A stretch of DNA of 64,000 bases from an uncultured Actinomycetota bacterium (GCA_963743915.1 CAVURN010000005.1:352001-416000), one strand, 5' to 3'. Positions 41,332-52,022 are shown, counted from the stretch's first letter. Translations and numbers: made by a program. Notes: a model not told the origin generated them from the sequence alone.

Positions 41332-42411
41332 TCAGGTCGTGCGGCGGCGATACAATGCCGTCGCTAGGGCAACGCCCGAGATAAGCGCGAACCCATTCAC
41401 CCAGTCCGTGACGTAGGGGTCAACACCGGCGAGGCTCAGTCCGTTGTTCAGGACCGCAAGGAAATAGACGGCGATGATTGTGCCCCAGACATTGAAGCGA
41501 CCCGGGCGAACTGCCGCAGCGCTGAGAAAGGCTGCCGCAAATGCGGGCAGCAAGAACGTTGCGCCCACATTGGGTGACGCACCACCTGCGCGACTCAGGT
41601 AGAGAAATCCACCGACCCCGCAGAGCAACCCCCCCGCGACGAACATTGCGGCCTTCAGGCGGTCGGTGCGTAGTCCCACAAGTCGGGCTGCCTCGAGGTT
41701 CGAGCCCACTGCATAGATCTGGCGCCCTACGGAAGTGTGCGAGAGCACGAAGTACGTGATCGCCGCTATGACCAGCAGGGTAATAAAAATCGCCGGGATA
41801 CCTGCTACCAGCCCCGTTCCGAAACTCGTCATTGATGCGGGGATATCGCTAGAAGGGGCAAGCCCGCCGGTCTGCTGGAGGATGACACCGGCAAGGATCG
41901 TCATCGTCCCGAGCGTGGCTATGACACCGTTGACATGCAACCGGGTCACGATGAGAGCGTTCACCCCACCAACTCCAGCGCCAATCAAGACTGCTAATGC
42001 GACAGCCAGCAGTACATTGCCGCCACCCGAAACGAAATCAGCGACCAGGATTGCCGAAAGCGCGGCGTTGTTACCCACAGAAAGATCAAACTCCTGACCC
42101 AGCAGCGGCAGGAGCAGCCCCAGCGAGATCACTCCGATCACTGCCTGGCTGGCGAGAAGGATCCGAAGGTTCGCGGCGGTTGGGAAGGTTGATGATGTCT
42201 CCGGCCAGAAGGCGAAGAACAACGCGATCAGGACGAGGATAAGGAGCATCGCATAGGACTCCAGGAAGCTGACCGTACGTCCCTTCAGCGTCCGGTGGCG
42301 ATCCGGTTCACGTTGCGCATTCGTGTCGGGACCTTGGGCCTCCGGCGTCGGAGTGGAACTGGCACCGCCGGAACGGGCCACACGCTCGACAGATTCTGCG
42401 GGGTTACTCAT
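41332..42411 (-). CDS. CUT2 (RbsC-like) ABC permease
   Basis: 'FDLSVG', 'IATLG', 'GRQIYAVGSNLEAARLVG'. Confidence 0.9.
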   Translation of the reverse strand: MSNPAESVERVARSGGASSTPTPEAQGPDTNAQREPDRHRTLKGRTVSFLESYAMLLILVLIALFFAFWPETSSTFPTAANLRILLASQAVIGVISLGLLLPLLGQEFDLSVGNNAALSAILVADFVSGGGNVLLAVALAVLIGAGVGGVNALIVTRLHVNGVIATLGTMTILAGVILQQTGGLAPSSDIPASMTSFGTGLVAGIPAIFITLLVIAAITYFVLSHTSVGRQIYAVGSNLEAARLVGLRTDRLKAAMFVAGGLLCGVGGFLYLSRAGGASPNVGATFLLPAFAAAFLSAAAVRPGRFNVWGTIIAVYFLAVLNNGLSLAGVDPYVTDWVNGFALISGVALATALYRRRTT

Positions 42412-44015
42412 AGCGACTTCTCCTGTGAATACACGACGTCATTGAGGGTGTCCTCGGTCAACGGACCATTGACGCTTGCGACGATCTCGCCGCCACTGAC
42501 CACCACAGCGCGGTGGGCGACGGCCGCCAGCTCATCGAACTCAGACGAGACGACCAGCACGGCGGTCCCTGCCGCAGCGGCCGTGCGGATGAACTCATGG
42601 ATCTCGTTGCGAGCTACGACGTCTACCCCCTGAGTCGGCTCATCGAGCAAGAGCACCTCTGGGCGGCGTTGCAGCCACCGGGCCAGGACAACCTTCTGCT
42701 GGTTTCCCCCGGAGAGCGCGGACAACGGAGCTGAAGAACCGGGCGCACGGATTCCGAAACTTGCAATCAGGCCTTGGGCCACCCGCTTTTCTCTCAACGG
42801 ACTAATCCAGCCAACGCGCGAGTAATCGCTCAGACAGCTGATGGAGAGGTTCTCGGCAATACTCAACTCCAGAAACGCGGCCTCCCGCAGCCGGTCCTCA
42901 GGAACGAGTGCGATCCCCCGCTTCATGGCAGTTCGAACGTCCGACGGCGCCAATGGTCCGGCCTCGAGGATCACCTCGATGTCGTCTCTTGGCACTACTC
43001 CGAAGATCTGCTTGAGTAGTCTGGACCGACCGGACCCCAACAGGCCTGCTACACCGACTATTTCGCCGGCGCGCAGTACAAGTGCGTCAGTCACTTCGCC
43101 CCCGGGCGAAACTGGCCGCCGCAGTGTCAACACCGGTTCGGTGCCGCGTGACACAGGCACTCGGGAGCCATCGGTCGTATCATCCGTCGATAGCGTTGCA
43201 CTTGCAGGTTGACGGACGCGTCCTGAGGTGGCTCCAGTGATCCCCTCGACCAGGGAGTCATGTGTAATGCCCGTTCCAAACAGGCGCGACGCAACTCGAC
43301 CATTGCGCAGCACGGTCACCTCGTCAGCCAGTGAAATGACCTCATCCAGCCGGTGGGAGACGTAGATGATGGTCTGCCCCTCAGCCGAATACCGACGCAG
43401 AGCCGCCAGCAGAACGTCGACTTCATGCTTCGGCAGACTTGCCGTGGGTTCGTCGAGTACAAGAACTCCACGTTTGGCTTCATCCTGGTCCTGCAGCGCG
43501 CGAGCGATCGCAACCATCATCTGAGCCGCGGCCGATAGGCGGGACATCGGCATGTCCGGTTCGACGTGCAGCTCAAAACGACCAAGCACCTCGCGCGCCC
43601 GTGCCCTTTGAGCCGACCAAGCGATCGACCCCACCACCGTCCTCTCGAAACCCCGGCCAAGTGCCAAGTTTTCTGCCACTGTCAGGTCTGGGAACGTGGA
43701 GTTCTGCTGATGGACAAAGTGCAGCCCAGATGCCTTCGCGCGCACTGGAGAATGGTGCCGCGCATCCACCCAGTCTCCGCCCAGTGCGAAGCGGCCGTGG
43801 TCAGCCGCGACCACACCCGCGAGCATCTTGATGAGCGTCGACTTTCCTGATCCATTACCACCCATGAGGGCGTGGATCACACCTGCTGAGATCTCCAGAG
43901 ATACATCGTCTACTGCGCGAGTTGCCCCATACGACTTGCTGACGTTCTCGACAGCCAGAGCAATGGGTTGCCCAGTTAAGACACTCTCAGCCCTGGTAGT
44001 TGCGCTCCCGCTCAT
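42408..44015 (-). CDS. CUT2 (RbsA-like) two-domain ABC ATPase
   Basis: 'GGNGSGKST', 'LDEPT', 'LSGGNQQKV', 'DEPTQGVD'; start taken at MSGSATT. Confidence 0.92.
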   Translation of the reverse strand: MSGSATTRAESVLTGQPIALAVENVSKSYGATRAVDDVSLEISAGVIHALMGGNGSGKSTLIKMLAGVVAADHGRFALGGDWVDARHHSPVRAKASGLHFVHQQNSTFPDLTVAENLALGRGFERTVVGSIAWSAQRARAREVLGRFELHVEPDMPMSRLSAAAQMMVAIARALQDQDEAKRGVLVLDEPTASLPKHEVDVLLAALRRYSAEGQTIIYVSHRLDEVISLADEVTVLRNGRVASRLFGTGITHDSLVEGITGATSGRVRQPASATLSTDDTTDGSRVPVSRGTEPVLTLRRPVSPGGEVTDALVLRAGEIVGVAGLLGSGRSRLLKQIFGVVPRDDIEVILEAGPLAPSDVRTAMKRGIALVPEDRLREAAFLELSIAENLSISCLSDYSRVGWISPLREKRVAQGLIASFGIRAPGSSAPLSALSGGNQQKVVLARWLQRRPEVLLLDEPTQGVDVVARNEIHEFIRTAAAAGTAVLVVSSEFDELAAVAHRAVVVSGGEIVASVNGPLTEDTLNDVVYSQEKSL

Positions 44016-44121
44016 GGCCGCAACACTGACATGTCTGGAAGGGCTGCGTTCTGCACACCAGAACAAGAATGGACCTGCGATTGGTAGCAACTCTGGTGGC
44101 GTCCCTCTAGGCGGTGGCGCG

Positions 44122-46476
44122 TCACGCAACGGTCCCAGGGTTCGCACGACGCCAGAGATACTCTGGCGTCACAGGCACCTTGGTTGTCTGAATGTCGCCG
44201 CTGAAGGCATCGTCAACCGCCCCCGCTACCGCCGCCCCGACTGCGATCAAACCAACCTCGCCTAGCCCCTTCGCCCCGAACGGGTTGTTGGGGGTCGGTG
44301 CGTCCTCGGTCATGAAGAACTCGATGTCTGGAACTTCTTGAGCGCCCGGCAGTAAATAGTCCATAAACGACGTGGAGAGCGGTTGACCGTTCTCGTCGTA
44401 CAGGAACTCCTCGTACAGAGCGCCACCAATGCCCTGAGCGGCGGCACCGATCACCTGACCGCGCGTCATCATTGGGTTGATAGCGCGACCAGCTTCGGTG
44501 CTAGTGAAGAAACGACGAAGGGTAGGCGCGCCTGTCCCGCGATCGACCTCGATCTGAACCAAGGTCACGCCGTACGGATAGTTCATGTGATCGTCGAGGT
44601 AGACCGCCTGAGCCCCAAGGCCAGGCTCGTCTCCGGCGAGTCGGGCAGACCAACCGTCCCAGCGTGCTGCGATCTCCGCCAGGCTGAGGCCTTGACCAGC
44701 GGACCCGGTGACCACGATGTGGCCGTCCTCGAGCGTCAGGTCATCGACATCGGCCTCGAGCATTTCCGCCGCCAGCCGCTTCGCCTTGGCAACGGTGTCC
44801 AAAGCCGCCTGGCGCGCAGCACCACCGGCCATCACCGTCGACCGACTGGACCAGGAGCCGACACCTTCAGGCACTAGCTCAGTATCACCGTGCACGACAT
44901 CTATGAGCTCCACGTCGACCTGAAGCTCCTCAGCCACAATCTGAGCCAATACCGTTTCGATGCCTTGCCCAACAGACGAAGCACCCGTGCGAACTCGAAT
45001 GCGGCCGGAGGCATCAACATCCACGGCCCCGGTCTCATAGAGCCCGAGACCTGCCTTGTCCATCAGGATTCCAATCCCATTGCCAACCAGACGACCCTGG
45101 GCCTGAAGCTCGGAGGCCTCCTGCTGCCATGCGGCGAAGTCGACCGACTCCAATGCCTTGTCCAGGTGGTCCACCACATCGCCGGAGTCGAATGTGTAGG
45201 GCTCAAAGCAGATGTCCAAGCCGGGCGCGTAGGGCAGGTCCGTCTGGTCGAGGAGATTGCGCCGACGGATCTCTACCCGAGAGAGCCCGAGTTTCGCCGC
45301 TGCCTGGTCGAGGAGGCGCTCCCGGGCGAACGTCACTTCAAACCTGCCGGGGGCTCGATAGGCCGACAACGGGGTCTTGTTCGACAGCACCACGTGAAGT
45401 ACGCCGTCGAACGCCGGCACCCGATAGGGGCCCGGCACCATGCCTAGGGTGATATCGCTGCAGAGTGGCTCTGCCTGGCGCAGGTAGGCCCCGTGGTTGT
45501 GCCAGATCTCATCGGTCATCCCGAGCAGTCGACCGTCGGCGTCGAACGCAGCAGACATCTCGTGGACCTGCTCGCGAGCGTGTGCCGTTGCAACCATATG
45601 TTCGAGTCGGTCCTCGGTCCATTTCACGGGCCGCCCAAGTTTCATCGCTGCCCAACCGACCATGATGTACTCGGGAAACACACCGCCCTTGACGCCGAAG
45701 TTGCCGCCAATGTCGACATGCTTCATGCGAAGGTCGGCCAGCGGCAGTTCCAAGACTTCGGCGATCAGTCGCTGGGAGTCGTGAATGTGCACCGGGCCCC
45801 ACATGAAAAGCTGCTTTCGACCTCGGTCGGGCTCTGCCACACAACCTCGGGTCTCCATCGGTACGCCGGAGTGACGGCCCACCACATAGCGGCCCTTGAC
45901 GACGTGGGCGGCGTTCGCGAACGCGGATGCCACATCCCCGTATGCCTTCTCGATGCGGACGGCCTCGTTACTGAGACCTTCGAACAGTTGCTCCGCGTCC
46001 TCGGTCATGGCCGTTTGTGGATCGAGCACAGGGGGCAGTTGGTCGTAGGTGATGTCCACGAGCCCGGCCGCATCTTCGGCCAGGTAGGGCGTGTCGGCGA
46101 TGACTGCTGCTACGGGCTGCCCTACATAGCGCACGCGATCAGAGGCGAAGACTGGATGCAGGTAGTCCTCGATCTGCGGATACACCTCGTGGTACCCGAT
46201 TCTCTCGAGGGGGATGCTGGCCGAGATGTCCTCGGCGGTGATGACCAGCCGAACCCCAGGCGCTCGACGTGCCTCCTCTGTGTCGAGCGCGGTGATCCGA
46301 GCGTGCGCCTCACTGGACCGAACTACGACCAGGAAGAGCTGTCCATACACGTCGACGTCATCAACAAATCTGGCCTCGCCGCGCAGCAAGCGCGCGTCCT
46401 CTCGCCTTCGTACTGACTGCCCCACGTACCTCTTCGCCGAAGGGCCCAGCCCACCAGAAGCTCCAGGTCTACTCAC
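44122..46476 (-). CDS. kdhL: Ketone (6-hydroxypseudooxynicotine) dehydrogenase large molybdopterin subunit
   Basis: 'IGYHEVYPQIEDYLHPV', 'HNHGAYLRQAEPL', 'AYRAPGR', 'MDKAGLGLYETG', 'GVGSWSSRSTV', 'MNYPYGVTLVQIE' follow A. nicotinovorans KdhL as recalled; divergent from pnh. Confidence 0.85.
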   Translation of the reverse strand: MSRPGASGGLGPSAKRYVGQSVRRREDARLLRGEARFVDDVDVYGQLFLVVVRSSEAHARITALDTEEARRAPGVRLVITAEDISASIPLERIGYHEVYPQIEDYLHPVFASDRVRYVGQPVAAVIADTPYLAEDAAGLVDITYDQLPPVLDPQTAMTEDAEQLFEGLSNEAVRIEKAYGDVASAFANAAHVVKGRYVVGRHSGVPMETRGCVAEPDRGRKQLFMWGPVHIHDSQRLIAEVLELPLADLRMKHVDIGGNFGVKGGVFPEYIMVGWAAMKLGRPVKWTEDRLEHMVATAHAREQVHEMSAAFDADGRLLGMTDEIWHNHGAYLRQAEPLCSDITLGMVPGPYRVPAFDGVLHVVLSNKTPLSAYRAPGRFEVTFARERLLDQAAAKLGLSRVEIRRRNLLDQTDLPYAPGLDICFEPYTFDSGDVVDHLDKALESVDFAAWQQEASELQAQGRLVGNGIGILMDKAGLGLYETGAVDVDASGRIRVRTGASSVGQGIETVLAQIVAEELQVDVELIDVVHGDTELVPEGVGSWSSRSTVMAGGAARQAALDTVAKAKRLAAEMLEADVDDLTLEDGHIVVTGSAGQGLSLAEIAARWDGWSARLAGDEPGLGAQAVYLDDHMNYPYGVTLVQIEVDRGTGAPTLRRFFTSTEAGRAINPMMTRGQVIGAAAQGIGGALYEEFLYDENGQPLSTSFMDYLLPGAQEVPDIEFFMTEDAPTPNNPFGAKGLGEVGLIAVGAAVAGAVDDAFSGDIQTTKVPVTPEYLWRRANPGTVA

Positions 46477-46497
46477 AATGATCCCTGCCTCGCCGGT

Positions 46498-46518
46498 ATT
46501 GACAGCGGCAGTGTCAAT
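46498..46518. promoter_or_regulatory. Inverted repeat ATTGACA-N7-TGTCAAT in the kdhL/pnh divergent region
   Basis: Perfect 7-bp arms about 22 nt upstream of the likely kdhL GTG. Confidence 0.5.
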
Positions 46519-46712
46519 GTGGAGGCACGCGGCACGCTGCACGTACAGCGGCAAAAACAGTGTCCAGTTACGCAGGACATGGAGTGACCCCCCAGCCGAC
46601 GGGCGCTTTGCTCAATGGGTGTCAAAGGTCTCGTCCAGATTCGCGGAAGATGTAGACCGCCATTTGATGTGCGCTGGAGAGGATACAGCGCCAGCTGAGT
46701 GATGGAGACGAG

Positions 46713-47780
46713 ATGACAACCGTGACCCAAACTATCCCGACCCCCGAAGAAGAGATGCTGAACTGGGGTCGGCTACTTATGGATGGACTGCCCTTCGCCG
46801 ACCTTATCGCTGCCCGGGACCGGGCCCCCGAAATCACGTGGTTCGACTACTGGATGGGCAGAGCAGACGACTACGAGGCGATGGGTGATACAGCGCTCGC
46901 CGCCGGTCATTCGATCAGCGCGGGGTACTGGCTCTGGCTCGGCTCGATGGCCGCCCAGTACGCGCAGTTCCTGTGGTTCGATGAGCGTCGGCCACGTGGC
47001 CAGCGGCGCAAGGCGGAGTTGTATCACCGTGCGGCACCCCTCCTGGATCCGCCCGCCATTCGGATCGATCTCCCGATCGACGAGACCCTGATCATCGGCT
47101 ATCTCCGTCTGCCGAAGCATGCCGAGGGGCCAGCCTCCTGCGCAGTCCTCTTGGGGGGGCTGGAGAGCACCAAGGAGGAGAGCTACATGTTCGAGAACAT
47201 GCTCCTCGACCGTGGCGTCGCCACCTTCACGTTTGACGGTCCAGGCCAGGGCGAAATGTTCGACGACGTGGCCGTGTCCGGCGACTACGAGAGGTACGCC
47301 TCGCGAGTCCTCGATCACCTAGTCACCCGAACCGACATTGCGAGCAACCAGATTGGTGTACTCGGCCGAAGCCTTGGCGGACACTACGCCCTTCGCGCAG
47401 CATCCATGGATGACCGATTCCGCGCCTGCGTATCGTGGGGGGGCTTTGTGCAGATGGATGACTGGAGCTTCGAGTACCCGCTGACCAAGCAGAGTTGGCA
47501 ATACGTCACCAAGTCACCCGATCTTGCGACAGCACAGGTTCGGGTCCGCGAGGCGATCGATGTTCGGCCGGTGCTTCCCAATCTGCAGATCCCGACCTAC
47601 GTTCTCCATGGCGCAAAGGACGAAACACCGATATCGGAGATCGACTTGCTGCAGCAGTATGCGCACAGAGCTTCGATCGTGCTGGACGTGGAACCAGAGG
47701 GCGACCACTGCTGCCACAACCTAGGACCAGCACCACGAGTACGCATGGCGGACTGGCTCGCCTCGGAGTTACATCACTGA
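46713..47780 (+). CDS. pnh: 2,6-dihydroxypseudooxynicotine hydrolase (alpha/beta hydrolase, C-C cleavage)
   Basis: 'PEEEMLNWGRL', 'EITWFDYWM', 'AQYAQFLWFDERR', 'LGGLESTKEES', nucleophile 'GRSLGG', 'GDHCCHNLG..RVRMADWL'. Confidence 0.9.
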   Translation: MTTVTQTIPTPEEEMLNWGRLLMDGLPFADLIAARDRAPEITWFDYWMGRADDYEAMGDTALAAGHSISAGYWLWLGSMAAQYAQFLWFDERRPRGQRRKAELYHRAAPLLDPPAIRIDLPIDETLIIGYLRLPKHAEGPASCAVLLGGLESTKEESYMFENMLLDRGVATFTFDGPGQGEMFDDVAVSGDYERYASRVLDHLVTRTDIASNQIGVLGRSLGGHYALRAASMDDRFRACVSWGGFVQMDDWSFEYPLTKQSWQYVTKSPDLATAQVRVREAIDVRPVLPNLQIPTYVLHGAKDETPISEIDLLQQYAHRASIVLDVEPEGDHCCHNLGPAPRVRMADWLASELHH

Positions 47781-47834
47781 CGCGTTGGCATCCGACCGGC
47801 TGCGCGCAAGAGACGCAAAGAGCAGAGGAAGGTA

Positions 47835-48188
47835 ATGATGGACGAGATCTTGGCTGTCGAATCCGCGGCTGTTGAGCTTGAGACATGGCAGCCCGAGGGC
47901 GTGACGATCCTTGCAGGCGACCCAGCCGGACGCGGGTTCACGCTGTTCGAGGACTTTGAGCATGGCGCTCGTGGCACGGGTGTGTTCGAGTGCGATCCCG
48001 GGAAGACCACATACACGCTGGAGTACAACGAGATCATCTACGTGCTCGAGGGTGAGGTGACCATCGAGCTGGCAAATGGTTCCAAGGTCGACCTTCGCCC
48101 TGGGATGCAGGCATTCCTGCCCGCCGGCCACCTGTCGACTTGGACCTTCCACTCCAAGTTCCGCGAGGTGTGGGTCCTCGCGGACTGA
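47835..48188 (+). CDS. Cupin (DUF861/EutQ-like) protein
   Basis: 'GVFECDPG', 'EIIYVLEGEVTI', 'FLPAG...W'; GAGGAAGG RBS. Confidence 0.85.
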   Translation: MMDEILAVESAAVELETWQPEGVTILAGDPAGRGFTLFEDFEHGARGTGVFECDPGKTTYTLEYNEIIYVLEGEVTIELANGSKVDLRPGMQAFLPAGHLSTWTFHSKFREVWVLAD

Positions 48189-48204
48189 ATCCCGGAGGAT
48201 CAGC

Positions 48205-48245
48205 TCACGTGCCGCCCGGCGACCTTGATCCCGGGCGGCACGTGA
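48205..48245. terminator. Bidirectional hairpin between convergent cupin and nit genes
   Basis: Perfect 15-bp stem TCACGTGCCGCCCGG / CCGGGCGGCACGTGA. Confidence 0.75.
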
Positions 48246-48262
48246 CCCGAGCTGCACCGCAG

Positions 48263-49081
48263 CTACATTCGGCGGTCCCTCAGCACGGGAAAGTCCTCAC
48301 GCACCTGGCGCGCCAGATCGAGATCGAGTCGAGCGGTGAGTATCTCCTCATCGGAGTCAGCCTGGGCGACCACCTCGCCCGTCGGCGCGACTACTTGGCT
48401 GGACCCACCCAGCTCGACACCACAGTGGGTACCGGAACTGTTGCACTGCAGGACCCACGCCTGGTTCTCTACCGCTCGGGCTCGTCCAAGAAGCCGCCAG
48501 TGCTCCATTCGCGGCTTCGGCCACGCTGCCGGTATCAGCACTACCTCTGCGCCGCGCTCACCGAGTTTGCGAAAGAGCTCCGGGAAACGTAGGTCATAGC
48601 ACGTGGCAAGGCCGACTCGGGCAGAGCCCTCTGGACAGGCGAGGTCCGTCACTGTCAACTGGCTGCCCGCCTCCAAAATCTGTGGTTCACCCACTCCGAA
48701 GCCAAACCGGTGGATCTTGCGGTATGTCGAGTGGATCTCTCCCAACGGAGACAGCAGCACTGATGTGTTCCACAGGCCACGACCCTCGGCGCCCCTATGT
48801 GCGCCCTCGTCGGCCAACTCGATGATGGAGCCGGCATGAATCCAGCAATCCAACCTCGGGGCGAGTTCGGCGAGACGACCAATGGTGTGACCGTGGATAG
48901 ACTCGGCCGTCCTCGCCCACGAAGCCGAAGCGAAACCGCCGTGTGCCCACAGCTCGGGCAGAAGTAGCAGGTCGGGTCGGCTGATGTTCTGAATGGCAGC
49001 ACAGACCCGGTCTACTCGGTCTACCAGCGGCTCCTCGTCACCGTAGCCCACCTGGTAGAGCGTGACATCGATCCCACTCAT
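48263..49081 (-). CDS. nit: Carbon-nitrogen hydrolase (omega-amidase, Nit-like)
   Basis: Glu-Lys-Cys triad 'LPELW', 'YRKIH', 'TCYDLRFPE'; 'ARAVENQ'. Confidence 0.8.
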   Translation of the reverse strand: MSGIDVTLYQVGYGDEEPLVDRVDRVCAAIQNISRPDLLLLPELWAHGGFASASWARTAESIHGHTIGRLAELAPRLDCWIHAGSIIELADEGAHRGAEGRGLWNTSVLLSPLGEIHSTYRKIHRFGFGVGEPQILEAGSQLTVTDLACPEGSARVGLATCYDLRFPELFRKLGERGAEVVLIPAAWPKPRMEHWRLLGRARAVENQAWVLQCNSSGTHCGVELGGSSQVVAPTGEVVAQADSDEEILTARLDLDLARQVREDFPVLRDRRM

Positions 49082-51507
49082 TCGGCCGCGGCCGACGCTT
49101 CCTCTGTTGCCGCCGAAGGTGCCTTGGTGAACAGTTCGCTGGACATCGCTGAGAGAACCTTTTCTGGCGTGATCGGTAGATCCCGGAGCACTACACCGAA
49201 CGGGCTCAGAGCATCATTGACAGCGTTGAGGACCGCGGCCGGTGATGCAATCAGCCCTGATTCGCCCATGCCCTTCACCCCCAGTGCGGAGTGGACCGAG
49301 GGGGTCTCGAGATGGCGAATCTCAAACGGTGGGGCCACGTCCATTGTTGGTAGGCCGTAGTCGAGAAACGTGGTGGTGAGCAACTGACCGGTCTCGTCGT
49401 ATCTCAACTCCTCGAAAACGGCCGCACCAATCCCCTGCACTACCCCGCCGCGGATCTGGCCCTCGACAATGTTGGGATTGATGACCGTGCCGCAATCCTC
49501 CACGGAGTACACCTTCTCGAAGCGGACAAAGCCCGTCTCAGGATCAAGCTCTACCAGGACGGCGTGGGCACCGTTGCTGAACATCGCCCTGGCCGGATCA
49601 TAGGCCTGGGTCGCCTCGAGGGTCGGATCAAAGTCCGCAGGCCACGCGCTCATATCGAAGTAGATGGACGTGGCCACGTCGGCGACAGAGACGCCGGTGT
49701 CGGGGGCGCCGGTCACCAAGGCAAAGCCGTCAGTCAGTTCGATGTCTTCGACGGCAGCCTCCAGGAGATTGGCCGCAACAGCCCGTACCTTCTCACGAAG
49801 CACGCCTGCGGCTCGCGCAACCGCACCACCTGCGATGACGGCCCCACGGCTTCCTATCGTGCCGGAGCCATAACTGTTGGATGTCGAGCGAGCCGTTTCG
49901 ACGGTGACATCCTCCACCTTGATACCCAATGTGTCAGCGGCCATCTGGGCCATGGTGGTTGCCAGTCCCTGCCCTTGAGCTGACAGTCCAATCGTGACGT
50001 TGGCCGTCCCATTGGGGTTCAACCGGACCGTGGCGGTGTCGTGGAACGTGTCACCAATTCCGTGCGCCTGGTTGGTTGCTGTGCTCTCACCGCTACTCTC
50101 GACAAAAACGCTGAGCCCAAGGCCGATGAAGCGGCCCTGAGTCCGCAGTTCTGCCTGCCTGCGAAGGAACGCCGGATAGTTCACCATCTGTTCAATGGCA
50201 TCGATTGACTCGAGCCAACTGCCTTCGTGGTACACGATCCCCTGCGGGTTAGTCCAGGGAAACTCCTGAACCACGTTGCGGCGCCGAAACTCGAAGGGCG
50301 ACATCCCCAGCGCGCGCGCGGCGTCATCGGCCAGACACTCGCGGGCCAATGTTCCGGCCATGTAGCCAACCCCTCGGTAGGCCCCGACCGGCGTCTTGTT
50401 CGTTGCGACGGCTTCATAGGTGTACTCCACCGACGGGACGTCGTAGATACCGGTGGGAGTCATGACCACCGCGCACCAGGGCTCAACGGCCATCGTCCAC
50501 GGCGGCATGTGGTACGCGCCGCCGTCCCCTAGCGCGTTGGTGCGAATGCCAGTAATGCGACCACCGGCATCGAGGGCATAGGAAATATCAATGTTCTGCT
50601 CGTGGGCGTGTATGCCGGCCATCAGGTTTTCGCGCCGGTCCTCGATCCACTTTACCGGGGAGTCGAGTTCGCGGGAGAGGAGGGGGAGCAGCATCTCCTC
50701 CGGGTAGATGTGGGCCTTCTGGCCGAAGCCGCCGCCGGTGTCAGGTGTGATCACCTCGACGTTCTGCTCGGGAAAACCAAGGTACGCCGTGACCATGAAT
50801 CGCAGATAATGTGGCATCTGCGTGTTGGACCACAATCGCAGTACTCGGGATGCCCACTCATAGTGAGCGATCACGCCACGCGTTTCCATAGGCGCCGGTG
50901 ACAGGCGACCGGTATAGAAGCGACCCCGCACCACCTGTGCGGCCTCCTCAAAAGCGCCGGCCACGTCACCGAACGATCCGCCACCCTTCAGGCCATAGTG
51001 ATCTGGCAGATCAGGATTGGCGACGTGTGAAGCGGTCGAGGCCTCATCCGAGCGGGTGACGGCAGGGAGTTCCTCGAAGTCCCAGTCGATCAACTCACAG
51101 GCGTCCTCTGCGGCGTAGCGCGTATCGGCTACGACCACGGCGACTGGCTCGCCGACGAAAAGAACCTGATCTTTGGCAAGCAGGGGCATGGTGGTGGGCC
51201 TGCACCCCTCGACTGCAAACTCGCCCACCAGCCCCGCACACAGCGGCTCAACGTCGTGACCTGACCAAGCGAGGTAGACACCATCTGCCTGTCGCACGGC
51301 GGAGAGATCGATGTGCGTGATGCGGGCGTGTGCCACCGGACTACGTACGAAGGCCGCGTGCAGCTGCCCAGGGACGTCGATGTCGGCGATGAATTCGCCT
51401 CGTCCAGTGAGCAAACGAGGATCTTCAGAGCGGAGCACCCGAGACCCCACCGCACGTGCTGCGACGACCGGGGTCTCCATGTGCTGATGCATGTCAAGCT
51501 CCCTCAT
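49078..51507 (-). CDS. ndhL: Nicotine dehydrogenase large molybdopterin subunit
   Basis: 'GGGFGQKAH', 'HAHEQ', 'GDGGAYHMPPWTMAVEPWC', 'AYRGVGYMAGTL', 'FPWTNPQGIVY.EGSWLESIDA', 'VFVESSGEST', 'KGMGESGL' follow NdhL as recalled. Confidence 0.8.
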   Translation of the reverse strand: MRELDMHQHMETPVVAARAVGSRVLRSEDPRLLTGRGEFIADIDVPGQLHAAFVRSPVAHARITHIDLSAVRQADGVYLAWSGHDVEPLCAGLVGEFAVEGCRPTTMPLLAKDQVLFVGEPVAVVVADTRYAAEDACELIDWDFEELPAVTRSDEASTASHVANPDLPDHYGLKGGGSFGDVAGAFEEAAQVVRGRFYTGRLSPAPMETRGVIAHYEWASRVLRLWSNTQMPHYLRFMVTAYLGFPEQNVEVITPDTGGGFGQKAHIYPEEMLLPLLSRELDSPVKWIEDRRENLMAGIHAHEQNIDISYALDAGGRITGIRTNALGDGGAYHMPPWTMAVEPWCAVVMTPTGIYDVPSVEYTYEAVATNKTPVGAYRGVGYMAGTLARECLADDAARALGMSPFEFRRRNVVQEFPWTNPQGIVYHEGSWLESIDAIEQMVNYPAFLRRQAELRTQGRFIGLGLSVFVESSGESTATNQAHGIGDTFHDTATVRLNPNGTANVTIGLSAQGQGLATTMAQMAADTLGIKVEDVTVETARSTSNSYGSGTIGSRGAVIAGGAVARAAGVLREKVRAVAANLLEAAVEDIELTDGFALVTGAPDTGVSVADVATSIYFDMSAWPADFDPTLEATQAYDPARAMFSNGAHAVLVELDPETGFVRFEKVYSVEDCGTVINPNIVEGQIRGGVVQGIGAAVFEELRYDETGQLLTTTFLDYGLPTMDVAPPFEIRHLETPSVHSALGVKGMGESGLIASPAAVLNAVNDALSPFGVVLRDLPITPEKVLSAMSSELFTKAPSAATEEASAAAE

Positions 51508-52022
51508 CGGTCCTCAGCCTCCTTGTCACCCGTCCCCTGTGTGCTCTCAACAACGGCCTGCTCGATCGCCTCGATGATGGTCTGATAGCCAGTGCAACGG
51601 CACAGGGAGCCAGACACCGTCTCGACAATGTCATCACGCGTCGGGGACGGGTTCTCCTCAAGCAGTGCGGTCGCAGACATCAAAACCCCAGCAGTGCAGA
51701 AACCGCACTGCAGGCCGTGCTGCTCACGAAAGGCACGCTGAAGCGCGTTGAGCTTGCCTCCTTCGGTCAGGCCCTCCACGGTGCGCACCTCTTGACCCAC
51801 GACTTGGACAGCCAAGGTAAGGCAGGAACGGATGGGCTGATCGTCGAGCAGGACGGTGCAGGCCCCACAGACACCGTGTTCACAGCCCAACTTGGTACCC
51901 GGAAGGTGTGCATCTTCTCGGATGAAGTCAGCCAGGGTCTTGCGCGCCTCGACCAGGGAGCTGTAGGTCCGCCCGTTGATCGATACCGCTACCTGCAGAT
52001 GCTCCTCGGGCCCGGCGGTCAC
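51504..52022 (-). CDS. ndhS: Nicotine dehydrogenase small 2x[2Fe-2S] subunit
   Basis: 'GCEHGVCGAC', 'QCGFCT', 'CRCTGY'; M-S-L operon order. Confidence 0.78.
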   Translation of the reverse strand: MTAGPEEHLQVAVSINGRTYSSLVEARKTLADFIREDAHLPGTKLGCEHGVCGACTVLLDDQPIRSCLTLAVQVVGQEVRTVEGLTEGGKLNALQRAFREQHGLQCGFCTAGVLMSATALLEENPSPTRDDIVETVSGSLCRCTGYQTIIEAIEQAVVESTQGTGDKEAEDR

